DNA of 64,000 nucleotides from a bacterium. GTDB taxonomy: Bacteria; Myxococcota_A; UBA9160; UBA6930. Below the pieces are notes generated by a model. The model did no database searches and was not told the origin of the DNA. It was given only the letters and a program-made list of their open reading frames with translations. Below are positions 15,803-24,491 of the stretch, piece by piece. The position numbers were made by a program, and so were the translations under genes. The stretch spans positions 7,953 through 71,952 of the forward strand of contig JAAELW010000122.1 in the NCBI GenBank assembly GCA_024226235.1, given 5' to 3'. Every line of letters starts with the position of its first letter. Within the stretch, counting starts at the first letter, position 1.

Positions 15803-16195
15803 ATGGAACGTCGAAATCGGATCTTGATCGTCGAAGACAGCCCGACCATGCGTCAGCTGTTGATATTCGCACTCAAACGGCTCCGCAACACGGATATCAT
15901 CGAAGCCCAGGACGGGATGGATGGGCTGCGCAAGGTTACGGCAGATGACTACGACCTGGTCCTGGTGGACATCAATATGCCAGTGATGGATGGGCTGAAG
16001 CTGATCAGCTTGATCCGGGGCGAGGAGCGCCTCGAGGAGATGCCCATCGTCGTGATCACGACCGAAGGCGCCAACGAGGACCGCGCCCGGGCGCTCGCGC
16101 TCGGGGCCAACGAGTACCTGACGAAGCCGATCCAGGCGAACAAGGTCCTCCAGGTCGCACGCGGGCTGCTGAAGATCGAATCCCGGTCCACCTAG
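15803..16195 (+). CDS. CheY-like single-domain response regulator
   Basis: Motifs RILIVEDSPTMRQ, DLVLVDINMPVMDGL, PIVVITTEG, YLTKP. The ATG at 15803 follows GGGAGGGG; the 15779 GTG is an alternative start. Confidence 0.88.
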   Translation: MERRNRILIVEDSPTMRQLLIFALKRLRNTDIIEAQDGMDGLRKVTADDYDLVLVDINMPVMDGLKLISLIRGEERLEEMPIVVITTEGANEDRARALALGANEYLTKPIQANKVLQVARGLLKIESRST

Positions 16196-16385
16196 GCCAG
16201 GTCCCCATTTCAGCGGTGTGGGCCGATCGGCTGGGCCTTGACCGAGCCACCCGTCTCACAGGTGCCGACGGCTGCGGTTCTGGCCTCGAAACCGGGTCCG
16301 GTTTCGTCCCCCGAATCGCCCTGGAGCAGATCGCGGCTAGAGATCGGCGGGCGGATCGCAGCCGGGCTGGCTATACCAAGCGGCG

Positions 16386-16913
16386 ATGGCAGGCATCTCG
16401 ATGCGGATTCTGGCGCTCGTATTCCTGGCGACACACCTCTTGGGGTGCGGGTACCAGCTCGTTCGTTACGCCGATCCGGTCGGAGACGCCCGGCGGATCG
16501 CTCTGCAGCCGCTCCTGAACGACACCTTCGAGCCGGGCATCGATTCGCTGCTGCTCGATGCCTTCCATCGGGAGTTTCTGCGACGAGGCGGGCTGCGCAT
16601 CGTCGAGGATCCCGAGACGGCGGATCTGATCGTCGGCGGAGTGATCGACAGCCTGTTGACGCGTGGACGGAGCTTTTCGTCGATCCAGTTCGCTCTCGAG
16701 TACGAGCTCCTCCTTCGGGTCGATCTGGAGGTGACCCGCCCGGATGGAACCCCGGTGCCGATCGATGGGCGGGCCTTCAATGAGTCCGAGATCTACCTGT
16801 CGAGCGCCGATCTCGAGGTGACGCGAACGAATCGGGAGGAGGCGTTGCGGCGGCTCGCCGGGACGATGGCGACGCGTCTCCACGACGCGCTGTACGAGCG
16901 CATTCAGCCTTGA
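16386..16913 (+). CDS. lptE: LPS-assembly lipoprotein LptE
   Basis: Signal peptide plus lipobox (MRILALVFLATHLLGC|GYQL). The length and the position directly upstream of holA are typical of LptE. The start may be the internal ATG at 16401. Confidence 0.72.
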   Translation: MAGISMRILALVFLATHLLGCGYQLVRYADPVGDARRIALQPLLNDTFEPGIDSLLLDAFHREFLRRGGLRIVEDPETADLIVGGVIDSLLTRGRSFSSIQFALEYELLLRVDLEVTRPDGTPVPIDGRAFNESEIYLSSADLEVTRTNREEALRRLAGTMATRLHDALYERIQP

Positions 16914-17926
16914 GTCCGCCCGCACGGACGAGCCGGCGCGGTCAGGGCGGCGGACTTCCGGTGCAGGCGTTGCGTAAGGAGATCGCCGCAGGGCAGTTGA
17001 GGCCTGCGTATCTGCTCGGTGGAAGCGAGGCACTGCTGCGCGATGATGCGCTGGCGGCACTTCGCGAGGCGGCCCTTGACGGGGTGGCCAGTGATTTCAA
17101 CTTCGATCGTCTCGACGGGGAATCGGCGAAGCCTGCGGACCTGATCGACGCTGTGCATTCCCTGCCCGTGATGGCAGCGCGCCGACTCGTCTGGTTGCGG
17201 GAGCCGGAAGGTAAGCGCGGCAAGGGGCTCGGCGATACGTTGGTCGAACTGCTTCCCGGAATCGCCGAACGGGAAGATGTGGTGCTGGTTGTCACCGCCA
17301 GCCAGATCGATCGGCGTTCGCGTTGGGTCAAGGCGTTTCAGGAACCCGCCATCCTGGTGGACTGCCAGCCTCCTTCCGCCGGAAAGGGACTGGTAGCGTG
17401 GATTCGGGAAGAGGCGACGAGCCAGGGCGTGCCCTTGGACGCGGACGCGGCCCAGGCTCTGGCTGAGGCCACGGGTCCGCAGCTGCTACTACTGCGCCAC
17501 GAGGTCGAGAAGGCTGCGCTCTATGCCGGGCCCGGCGAGCGTGTGACCCGCTCCCACGTTCTGGGCACCGTCAGTGATGTGGCCGAAGATCCGATCTGGG
17601 ACCTGACCGACGCGATCGGAGAAGGGCGGACCGCCGATGCATTGGGGGTGCTCCACCGGTTGGGCGGCGCGGGAGCACCGTCGCCGGTTCTGCTGGCTTC
17701 ACTGGCCGGGCACTTTCGAAAGCTCGTACGCGCTCGCGCGGGCGAGGCTCCGCGTGGCCATCCCTTCGCCGTGAAGAAGATCCAGCGACAGGCTTCCCGC
17801 TACACGGCGCCGCGTCTGCGCGCCTGCCTGGATGCCATCCACGAGGTCGACGAGATCCTGAAGGGGCAGGGCAACCTCGATCCCACCCTCGCGATGCAGC
17901 GCCTCGTGCTGGGCTTGTCGGCCTAG
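16910..17926 (+). CDS. holA: DNA polymerase III delta subunit
   Basis: 338 aa. N-terminus is ..LRPAYLLGGSEALLRDDAL. The lptE-holA synteny is conserved. The start is uncertain (TTG 16910 or GTG 16961). Confidence 0.8.
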   Translation: MSPPARTSRRGQGGGLPVQALRKEIAAGQLRPAYLLGGSEALLRDDALAALREAALDGVASDFNFDRLDGESAKPADLIDAVHSLPVMAARRLVWLREPEGKRGKGLGDTLVELLPGIAEREDVVLVVTASQIDRRSRWVKAFQEPAILVDCQPPSAGKGLVAWIREEATSQGVPLDADAAQALAEATGPQLLLLRHEVEKAALYAGPGERVTRSHVLGTVSDVAEDPIWDLTDAIGEGRTADALGVLHRLGGAGAPSPVLLASLAGHFRKLVRARAGEAPRGHPFAVKKIQRQASRYTAPRLRACLDAIHEVDEILKGQGNLDPTLAMQRLVLGLSA

Positions 17927-17983
17927 CTTTGGAGCCCCCGGCTCTTCTCTGCCAGAGGGCGCCGCGGATCCACGCCAGCGATC

Positions 17984-18247
17984 TCAGCCGAGCTTGCTGA
18001 CCGCTTTCGCCAACCTGGACACACTGCGGCTGGCGGTCTCGCGCTTTATTACGCCCTTGCTGGCAGCCTTGCGGAGTGTCTTCTCGGCGTCTCGGAGCCG
18101 GGTCTGGGCATCGGTCGCGTCGCCCTCGCTGATCGCGCTTCGCAGGGCCTTCACGGAGGTTCGGACTTCGCTGCGGACGGCCCGATTGCGGTCGCGGCGC
18201 TTCAGCGATTGTCGGACACGTTTTTCTGCGGACTTGTGATTCGCCAC
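17984..18247 (-). CDS. rpsT: 30S ribosomal protein S20
   Basis: 87 aa beginning MANHKSAEKRVRQSLKRRDRNRAVRSEVRT.., a classic S20 N-terminus. Confidence 0.95.
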   Translation of the reverse strand: MANHKSAEKRVRQSLKRRDRNRAVRSEVRTSVKALRSAISEGDATDAQTRLRDAEKTLRKAASKGVIKRETASRSVSRLAKAVSKLG

Positions 18248-18389
18248 CGGTGACTCCCTGCGAGGGCGCGCAGCATAGGCAAATCCACCGGACGTCGCCC
18301 ACGGGGAGGGTCCGGTCCCCTATCAGGGTCATCCCGTGATCGACCGATACCCCGAGGTGAACCCGCCGAGGTGCCTTTCGTTGGTTCGG

Positions 18390-20219
18390 ATGCGCAGCGT
18401 GATCTTTGTCTGCTGTTGGCTCGGGATATGGATCCTCCCCGGGGTGGCTTTCTCTGCCACCTCGGAGCCGGGGGACGTACGCTCCGAGGCGACCGCCCCT
18501 GCGCCGCCACAGGCTCCGCTCCCCCAGGGGAACATGCCTCGCGATCCGACCCTGCGGCAACTCAGTGCCGCCTGGGCGATTCCGGCGGCGGGATTCGACG
18601 AGCGCGTCGAACGGCTCCAGAAGGCCGGGGCAGCCCTCGGCCTCGCGAACCTGGAGGGCCCGGCCCAGGCGATGCTCTTCGATGATCTGGGTACCCCCTA
18701 TGAACGGGCAAAGGCCGCCCAGGCATTGGCCCCGGATCTGCCGGCAGCCCATGCTGCACTGGCCCGCGCCGCTTGGGCGCGAGGAGAGCCGGGTACGGCC
18801 TGGCGGGCATTGCTCGACGCGACAGGCGCGATCGGCCGCCATCTCGAATCTCGCAGCTGGCTGGGCCTGTATGCCTGGCATGCAGTCTGGTGGGCGGCGT
18901 TGCTGGCGGGCGCCGGCTTTCTGTTGCTCGCGTTGGCTGTCGCATTGCCTTCGATGACGCGTCGGCTGGGTGCGGTCACGCCGGAGCTCCCGACCGCCGC
19001 ACGCCTGGCCACGCTTGGCACGATACTCCTGCTACCCGCTGCGCTCGGCGAAGGCCCTCTCGGTGTCGTCCTGGCGGCTGCCGCTCTGGCAGCGGTGCAA
19101 GGGGGGACAGGTCAACGGCTCGCGCTGGCCGCTGCGGGCATCCTGACGCTGGTGGCCATGTATCCACTGCTCGATGCAGCCGCGGAGGCCCGGGTCGACC
19201 TCACCCGGCAGGCCACGGTCGTTGCTGCCCAGCAAGTCGAACGCGGTGTGGCCTCGCCGGTCGAGCGGGGCCGTGTCGCGCGTCTGGCGGAGGTCGATGC
19301 ACGGGCCGGGCGCGCTCGAGCGCTGGCCGAACGCCGTGCCGGCGCGCATTCCACAGCAGAGGCACGCTTCGCCCGGTGGATGGAAGAAGCCGGTCCCGAG
19401 GCGCTGGCAAATGCCGCGGCAGCGAGTTTTGCGCTGGGGGACCGGAAGCAGGCTGTCGTATTGCTGGAACGGGCGGCCCACGCAGGTGATGACCCGATCA
19501 TCCTGTTCAATCTTTCTCAGGCCTACGGAGGAGTCGTGGCGATCGAGCGCCAGAACACCGCGCTCGCCCAGGCCCAGGCGCTGGATGCGGATCGAACCCA
19601 CCAGCTGGTGGCCAGCTTTGGGCCCGGTCAGATGGCGGATCGACCGTTGCGGCCACTCGCGCCGGGCTCATCCGATCCGGAAAGACTCGATCTCGCCAGT
19701 GGCGTATCGGCGACCGAGGTTGCGGACGTTCAGCGTCGTCGGCTTGCCCCGGGATACCTCGGGGATGGCGCGTTGCTGGCTGCACTGGCATTGCTGGCCG
19801 CGTTGGTGCTTGGCACGCTGGCCGGTGGTTTGCTCGAACGTGCAGGCGTGGGCGAAGTCGATCTTCGGACGCGCATTGCCCAGTTGATCGAGAACCGCCT
19901 CGGCGATGCGTCGGAACGGCTCCAACATCTTGCTGAGCTGCGTCGGCGAGAGGAGTTCCAGGTGCGAGCCGAGCGAGTCTTCCAGGTGCTCGTGCCCGGC
20001 GCAGCCGGGTTGCTGGGAGGCCGGCCCCTGCTGGCCTGGGTTGGATTCCTGTGGGCGGCGATCTTCGTCAGCCTCGGGCTCGTCGGGAGGAGTATTCCGG
20101 TGCAGCCACTGGCCCTCGGTGGCTGGCCGGAACTCGTGTTGCCATTCCTGTTCGTGGTGGGCTTCACGGGTCATCTCGCGTGGGCCCATCTCTCGATCCG
20201 AATCCAGGAGCGTGCCTGA
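18390..20219 (+). CDS. hypothetical secreted/multi-pass membrane protein with a TPR-like segment
   Basis: Signal-like N-terminus MRSVIFVCCWLGIWILPGVAFS from the internal ATG at 18390 (the ORF track starts at 18336). Several long hydrophobic segments are present. The product is Ala-rich and shows no recognisable catalytic motif. Confidence 0.6.
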   Translation: MRSVIFVCCWLGIWILPGVAFSATSEPGDVRSEATAPAPPQAPLPQGNMPRDPTLRQLSAAWAIPAAGFDERVERLQKAGAALGLANLEGPAQAMLFDDLGTPYERAKAAQALAPDLPAAHAALARAAWARGEPGTAWRALLDATGAIGRHLESRSWLGLYAWHAVWWAALLAGAGFLLLALAVALPSMTRRLGAVTPELPTAARLATLGTILLLPAALGEGPLGVVLAAAALAAVQGGTGQRLALAAAGILTLVAMYPLLDAAAEARVDLTRQATVVAAQQVERGVASPVERGRVARLAEVDARAGRARALAERRAGAHSTAEARFARWMEEAGPEALANAAAASFALGDRKQAVVLLERAAHAGDDPIILFNLSQAYGGVVAIERQNTALAQAQALDADRTHQLVASFGPGQMADRPLRPLAPGSSDPERLDLASGVSATEVADVQRRRLAPGYLGDGALLAALALLAALVLGTLAGGLLERAGVGEVDLRTRIAQLIENRLGDASERLQHLAELRRREEFQVRAERVFQVLVPGAAGLLGGRPLLAWVGFLWAAIFVSLGLVGRSIPVQPLALGGWPELVLPFLFVVGFTGHLAWAHLSIRIQERA

Positions 20220-20220
20220 A

Positions 20221-21330
20221 ATGTCCGTTGCTCTTCATGGGAACCTTCGGGACTTCGGGATCGGCGAGGTCTTCCAGTTGATCGGTCAACAACAGAAGAC
20301 CGGAATGCTGGCCGTGGACGGAGAAGCCGGGTGTCTGCGCATCGCTTTCGACGGCGGCAGCGTCGTCTGGGCGGAGAGCGCCGGTGCCTATGAAGGAGCG
20401 GCGCTCGGCGACATGCTCGTGCGAGTCGGGTTGATCCGACCGGAGAGCCGCGCACGGTTCGAGGCCGGGGTCGCCGGATCGGAGCAGAGCCTCGGCGATC
20501 TGGTCGTCGAGAGTGGGGAGATCTCGAGCGACGTCGTTCGGGAGATCACCGACCTGGTCACGATGGACACGATCTTTGCGCTGCTGCGCTGGCGGAGTGG
20601 TTCGTTCCACTTCACGTCCCAACCGATCTTCCACGATCGCGGCCGCTCGGATCTCCTTCCTGCCGAGCAGATCCTGATGGATGGTCTGCGCATGGTGGAC
20701 GAGTGGCGCACGCTGGATCCGGTGGCCACCTCCAGTGATGGGGTGTTTCGTCGCACGGGCAGCTTCGATGCGTACCGTGAGACCCATGCCGGTGACCCAC
20801 CCGAGCGGCTGGCGGAAGCGGAGCGTCTCTTCCTGTTGATCGACGGTCGGCTTCAGGTGCGGCGCGCGATCGATCTCTCGCGGCTCGGCGACTTCGAGGG
20901 TGCCCGGCTGCTCTCCCGGTTTCGCAAGCTGGGGGTGATCGAACCCCTTTCGCCCGAGGAACTGGCCCGGGCCCGCGAGCGCACCCAGGTCCGGCCCCGT
21001 CCCGCGATGCTCCGCCTCGACCCGGGGCGCCTGCTCGTGGCTCTTCCCTATGTCGCGTTGGCACTGGTCGTCTGGCTGGCGGTTCGGCCAGCTTCCGCTC
21101 CCGAGAACCCGCTGGGCGCCGGTCCGATGGCTCGGGCCGATGCGGCCCACGATGCGCTGCGGCTCAGGCAATCCGCGCTGGCCTACCGCTACGCCCGTGG
21201 GAATTGGCCGAGTCGGGCTTCCGACCTGGATGAACTCCGCGGGGCAGGCAGGATGGCGGGGATGGAAGCGGATTCGTACTATTTCCGACGACGCCACGAC
21301 GGCGTAGTGGTGCTCGCACCCGAGCACTGA
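20221..21330 (+). CDS. PATAN (DUF4388) domain protein
   Basis: The ATG at 20221 lies 1 nt after the upstream stop. N-terminus GNLRDFGIGEVFQLIGQQQKTGMLAVDGEAGCLRIAFDGGSVVWA is the PATAN signature. A C-terminal hydrophobic segment is present (LLVALPYVALALVVWLAV). The ORF-track start at 19906 is an upstream extension. Confidence 0.75.
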   Translation: MSVALHGNLRDFGIGEVFQLIGQQQKTGMLAVDGEAGCLRIAFDGGSVVWAESAGAYEGAALGDMLVRVGLIRPESRARFEAGVAGSEQSLGDLVVESGEISSDVVREITDLVTMDTIFALLRWRSGSFHFTSQPIFHDRGRSDLLPAEQILMDGLRMVDEWRTLDPVATSSDGVFRRTGSFDAYRETHAGDPPERLAEAERLFLLIDGRLQVRRAIDLSRLGDFEGARLLSRFRKLGVIEPLSPEELARARERTQVRPRPAMLRLDPGRLLVALPYVALALVVWLAVRPASAPENPLGAGPMARADAAHDALRLRQSALAYRYARGNWPSRASDLDELRGAGRMAGMEADSYYFRRRHDGVVVLAPEH

Positions 21331-21393
21331 ATTTCGCCGGCCGTTCCACGGAGGAAGCCCCTGAACGATCAGGACGCCAGCAGCCGCCAGACA

Positions 21394-22449
21394 TTGGTTT
21401 TCGATGACAACCACCTGGCCGCTGCGCTCTACGGGGAACGTGAACGCACGCTGCGAATCCTCGAGCAGGATCTCGGGATCCAGGCCCGAGCGCGCGGCAA
21501 CCAGGTGAAGCTGGTCGGCGCCGAGGCCCAGGTGCGGATCGGCCGACAGGTGCTCGAGGAACTCTACGGGCTGCTGCGTGAAGGCCAACCCGTGAAGCCG
21601 CGCGACGTTCGCAGCGCTGTCCAGATGCTGGCCAAGGTGCCCGGTGTGCGTCTCCAGGACGTGTACCAGGATGTGCTCGCGAGTGTCGGTGGACGCCGGC
21701 GCATTGCGGCCAAGAACCTCTCGCAACGCCGCTATGTGGAAATGATGCGTGACCACGATGTGGTCTTTTCCACCGGTCCGGCAGGGACCGGCAAGACCTA
21801 TCTGGCGATGGCGATGGCGGTTGCTGCTCTCAACCGCCATGAGGTGGCGCGTGTCGTGCTGACCCGCCCTGCGGTCGAGGCGGGTGAGAAGCTCGGCTTC
21901 CTGCCGGGCTCGATGGCGGAGAAGGTCCATCCCTATCTGCGCCCCCTGTACGACGCCCTTCACGACATGATGGACTTCGACAAGGCCGGACGCCTGATCG
22001 AGCGCGATGTGATCGAGGTCGCGCCGTTGGCGTTCATGCGCGGGCGCACCCTGAACGATTCCTTCGTGATCCTCGATGAAGCCCAGAACACCACGCCCGA
22101 GCAGATGAAGATGTTCCTCACCCGGTTGGGCTTCGAGTCGAAGGCCGTGATCACCGGGGATACGACCCAGATCGATCTTCCCTCCGACCGGCCCAGCGGG
22201 CTGGTGGACGCGGTGCGGGTGCTGCGGAACACCCGCGGTATTGGCTTCCATCAGTTCACCGAGGCCGACGTCGTGAGGCATCCGTTGGTGCAGTCGATCG
22301 TCCGGGCCTATGACCACAAAGAGCGCGCCGCTGACCAGGCCCGCGCTGAAGAGGCTCGTGGTTCGACCGCTGACAAGGCTGGTGCCGACGCCGTTCCCGG
22401 GCCGGCCGCCGACGCTGTTCCCGGGCCGAACGCCGACACCGGAGATTGA
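21394..22449 (+). CDS. phoH: PhoH-like ATPase (YbeZ)
   Basis: Walker [14 protein letters not shown]. Also [18 protein letters not shown] and [11 protein letters not shown]. There is an atypical C-terminal tail with ADAVPGP repeats. Confidence 0.92.
   Translation: MVFDDNHLAAALYGERERTLRILEQDLGIQARARGNQVKLVGAEAQVRIGRQVLEELYGLLREGQPVKPRDVRSAVQMLAKVPGVRLQDVYQDVLASVGGRRRIAAKNLSQRRYVEMMRDHDVVFSTGPAGTGKTYLAMAMAVAALNRHEVARVVLTRPAVEAGEKLGFLPGSMAEKVHPYLRPLYDALHDMMDFDKAGRLIERDVIEVAPLAFMRGRTLNDSFVILDEAQNTTPEQMKMFLTRLGFESKAVITGDTTQIDLPSDRPSGLVDAVRVLRNTRGIGFHQFTEADVVRHPLVQSIVRAYDHKERAADQARAEEARGSTADKAGADAVPGPAADAVPGPNADTGD
22384..22437 (+). repeat. 24-bp in-frame tandem repeat (2 copies plus a partial) in the phoH tail
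   Basis: gccgacgc(c/t)gttcccgggccg occurs at 22384 and 22408, and the unit restarts at 22432. It encodes ADAVPGP(A/N). Confidence 0.7.
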
Positions 22450-22453
22450 CCGG

Positions 22454-22894
22454 GTGCCGGTCCACGTGTCCGGACCGCCTCCCGAGGTGAACGGACCTGT
22501 ATTCGATGCGGATGGCTTCGCCCACCAGGCCGAGCGATTGCTGAAGGCGCTCGAAGTGCCGGATGCCGAGCTCTCCATCTCGTTGGTCGACGATCGGGCC
22601 ATGGCCGCGATGAACCAACGCTTCCGCGGACGCGAGGGTCCCACTGACGTGCTCTCGTTCTCGTTGCTCGAAGGGGAGCATGCCGAGCATCGGGGGGGGA
22701 TGCTGGGTGACGTGGTGCTTGGTCTGGAGGTTGCTGATCGGCAGGCGGCCTCGTTGGGGCACAGCCTCGATGAGGAACTGTTGCGGCTATTGATCCACGG
22801 TGCGCTTCACCTGCTGGGGTTCGATCACGGGCTCGACCACGAGGCTCATGTGATGCAGGAGCGTGAACGGGAACTCCGAGTGCAACTCGCGTGA
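22454..22894 (+). CDS. ybeY: rRNA maturation endoribonuclease YbeY
   Basis: Zn-binding motif LLIHGALHLLGFDH; also DVLSF. The GTG at 22454 lies just after the phoH stop, so the 22310 ORF-track start overlaps phoH and is unlikely. Confidence 0.88.
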   Translation: MPVHVSGPPPEVNGPVFDADGFAHQAERLLKALEVPDAELSISLVDDRAMAAMNQRFRGREGPTDVLSFSLLEGEHAEHRGGMLGDVVLGLEVADRQAASLGHSLDEELLRLLIHGALHLLGFDHGLDHEAHVMQERERELRVQLA

Positions 22895-22910
22895 CGGAGG
22901 GGTCGAGGCC

Positions 22911-24491
22911 ATGAGCCGGCGCGCGCGCCTGGGCTGGGTTCTGCTGCATGTGGGCGTGACGTTTCTCGCCTTCCCCCAACCGTGGGGAGAGGGCTCGATC
23001 GATCTGGGCCCGGTGCTCGCGTATGGCGTTCCACTGACGGCGTTGCTCGCGCTGCGTGGTCTTCCCGTCGGCCGCGCTGCGCTGCTCGGCTTCGTGCAGG
23101 GCAATCTGGCCCTGGCTGCGGTGATCCACTGGTTCTTCGTCGTGACCCACTACTACGGGCATGCCCCACTCGTTCTCGGGGTGCTCGCACCGTTGGCAGG
23201 TGCGGCCTATGGCGGGCTCTTCCAGGCCGCCTGGGCTGCGGTCTACGCGTTCCTGGCGCGGCGTGGCGCGGCTTCGATCTGGATCCTGGCGGCTTGGTGG
23301 GCTGCACTCGATCATGGACGCACGTTCTTCCTCGGTGGGTTCCCGTGGGGCACCCTTGGCTATGCGCAGCACGGCAGCCCGCTGCTGGCCCTGGCCCCGT
23401 GGACGGGCGTGTTCGGGCTGTCCTTCGTCACCGTGTTGATCAGTCTGGCTGCCTTCGCCTGGCTTGCCCCCACCCGAGCGCAGACGTTCGGTGTCGGCGG
23501 GCGTCGGGCCGGAGCTCTGGCCCTCGTGGTCGTGCTCGCGGTGGGCCTGGTTGCGCGGGTCGTCTGGCCAGACCCGGCGGACGATGAAGAGGTCCAGGTC
23601 GCGGTGCTTCAGGGCAACATCGAGCAGGGCGTGAAGTGGTCGCCGGACTGGGCCGAGCGGACGCTTGCGATCTACACGGGGCTCACCCGGCAAGCGGCGG
23701 AGCGAGGCGCAGCTCTCGTGGTGTGGCCCGAGACCGCCGTGCCCGGCGCTCCGGACGCAGATCCGGAGTTGATGGAACGGCTCGTCGCATTGGCAGAAGA
23801 GACCGGTGTCACGCTCGTCATCGGAGCGGTTGGAATTGATTGGGTGCCTGGCGAAGAGCAGCCTCGCATCTTCGACAGCGCCTTCATCCTGACGGATGGG
23901 GTTGCGCCGGTGCGATACGACAAAACCCATCTGGTTCCGTTCGGCGAGTATCTCCCGTTGCGCAGTCTGCTCGGTCGCTTCATCCGTGCGCTTGCCACCG
24001 GCAGCGCTGGCCGGGACCTGACCGCGGGGCCGGGGCCGCAGGCCCTGGCGGTTCCCGGGCCGGGCGCTGTGTCGACCGCGGTGGGCATTCCCATTTGCTA
24101 TGAACTGCTCTTCCCGGATCTGGTGCGGCGGTTTGCGGCCGGCGGTGCCCGGGTCCTGCTCGCGATCACGAATGATGCCTGGTACGGGCGCACCGGTGCG
24201 CCCTACCAGTTTCTCGAGATCACGGCGCTGCGCGCGGCGGAGACAGGGCTGTGGGTTGCGCGGGCGGCCAACACGGGGGTATCGGCCATGATCGACGGAC
24301 GCGGGCGCGTTCGCGATCGAACCGCCATCTTCGAGACGGACCTCCTGGTGGGTGCGATTCCCCTGCGACACCCGGACCGGGGAATGACCTTCTACGTACG
24401 GTATGGAAATGTGTTTGTCTGGACCTGCTGGGCCATCGTGTTCGGGTGGTTGCTCCGGGCGCGGCGCCTTTCTTTCGAGGACCCACGATGA
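22911..24491 (+). CDS. lnt: apolipoprotein N-acyltransferase
   Basis: Multi-pass N-terminus plus a CN-hydrolase domain (VVWPETAVP, PICYELLFPDL, ITNDAWYG). The ATG at 22911 is preceded by GGAGGGG. Confidence 0.9.
   Translation: MSRRARLGWVLLHVGVTFLAFPQPWGEGSIDLGPVLAYGVPLTALLALRGLPVGRAALLGFVQGNLALAAVIHWFFVVTHYYGHAPLVLGVLAPLAGAAYGGLFQAAWAAVYAFLARRGAASIWILAAWWAALDHGRTFFLGGFPWGTLGYAQHGSPLLALAPWTGVFGLSFVTVLISLAAFAWLAPTRAQTFGVGGRRAGALALVVVLAVGLVARVVWPDPADDEEVQVAVLQGNIEQGVKWSPDWAERTLAIYTGLTRQAAERGAALVVWPETAVPGAPDADPELMERLVALAEETGVTLVIGAVGIDWVPGEEQPRIFDSAFILTDGVAPVRYDKTHLVPFGEYLPLRSLLGRFIRALATGSAGRDLTAGPGPQALAVPGPGAVSTAVGIPICYELLFPDLVRRFAAGGARVLLAITNDAWYGRTGAPYQFLEITALRAAETGLWVARAANTGVSAMIDGRGRVRDRTAIFETDLLVGAIPLRHPDRGMTFYVRYGNVFVWTCWAIVFGWLLRARRLSFEDPR

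Noticed and set aside
16298-16317. Near-perfect palindrome cgaaaccgg-gt-ccggtttcg, about 100 nt after the last che gene, considered as an intrinsic terminator.
   Set aside because: There is no downstream T-tract and the loop would be very small. It is plausible as a structural element, but the evidence is insufficient to annotate a terminator.
17932-17950. Short hairpin GAGCC-CCC-GGCTC followed by TTCTCT between the convergent holA and rpsT genes.
   Set aside because: The stem is only 5 bp with a 3-nt loop and the T-tract is interrupted. This is too weak to call without an energy calculation.
20164-22644. Very long ORFs antisense to annotated genes. Examples: 826 aa at 20164-22644, 821 aa at 29011-31476, 757 aa at 58708-60981, 687 aa at 22308-24371, 542 aa at 45557-47185, 436 aa at 17571-18881.
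   Set aside because: Their translations are Arg/Pro/Gly/Ala-rich and low-complexity, with no family motifs. Each lies opposite a CDS with clear conserved motifs. Long stop-free antisense frames are the expected shadow-ORF artefact in high-GC DNA.
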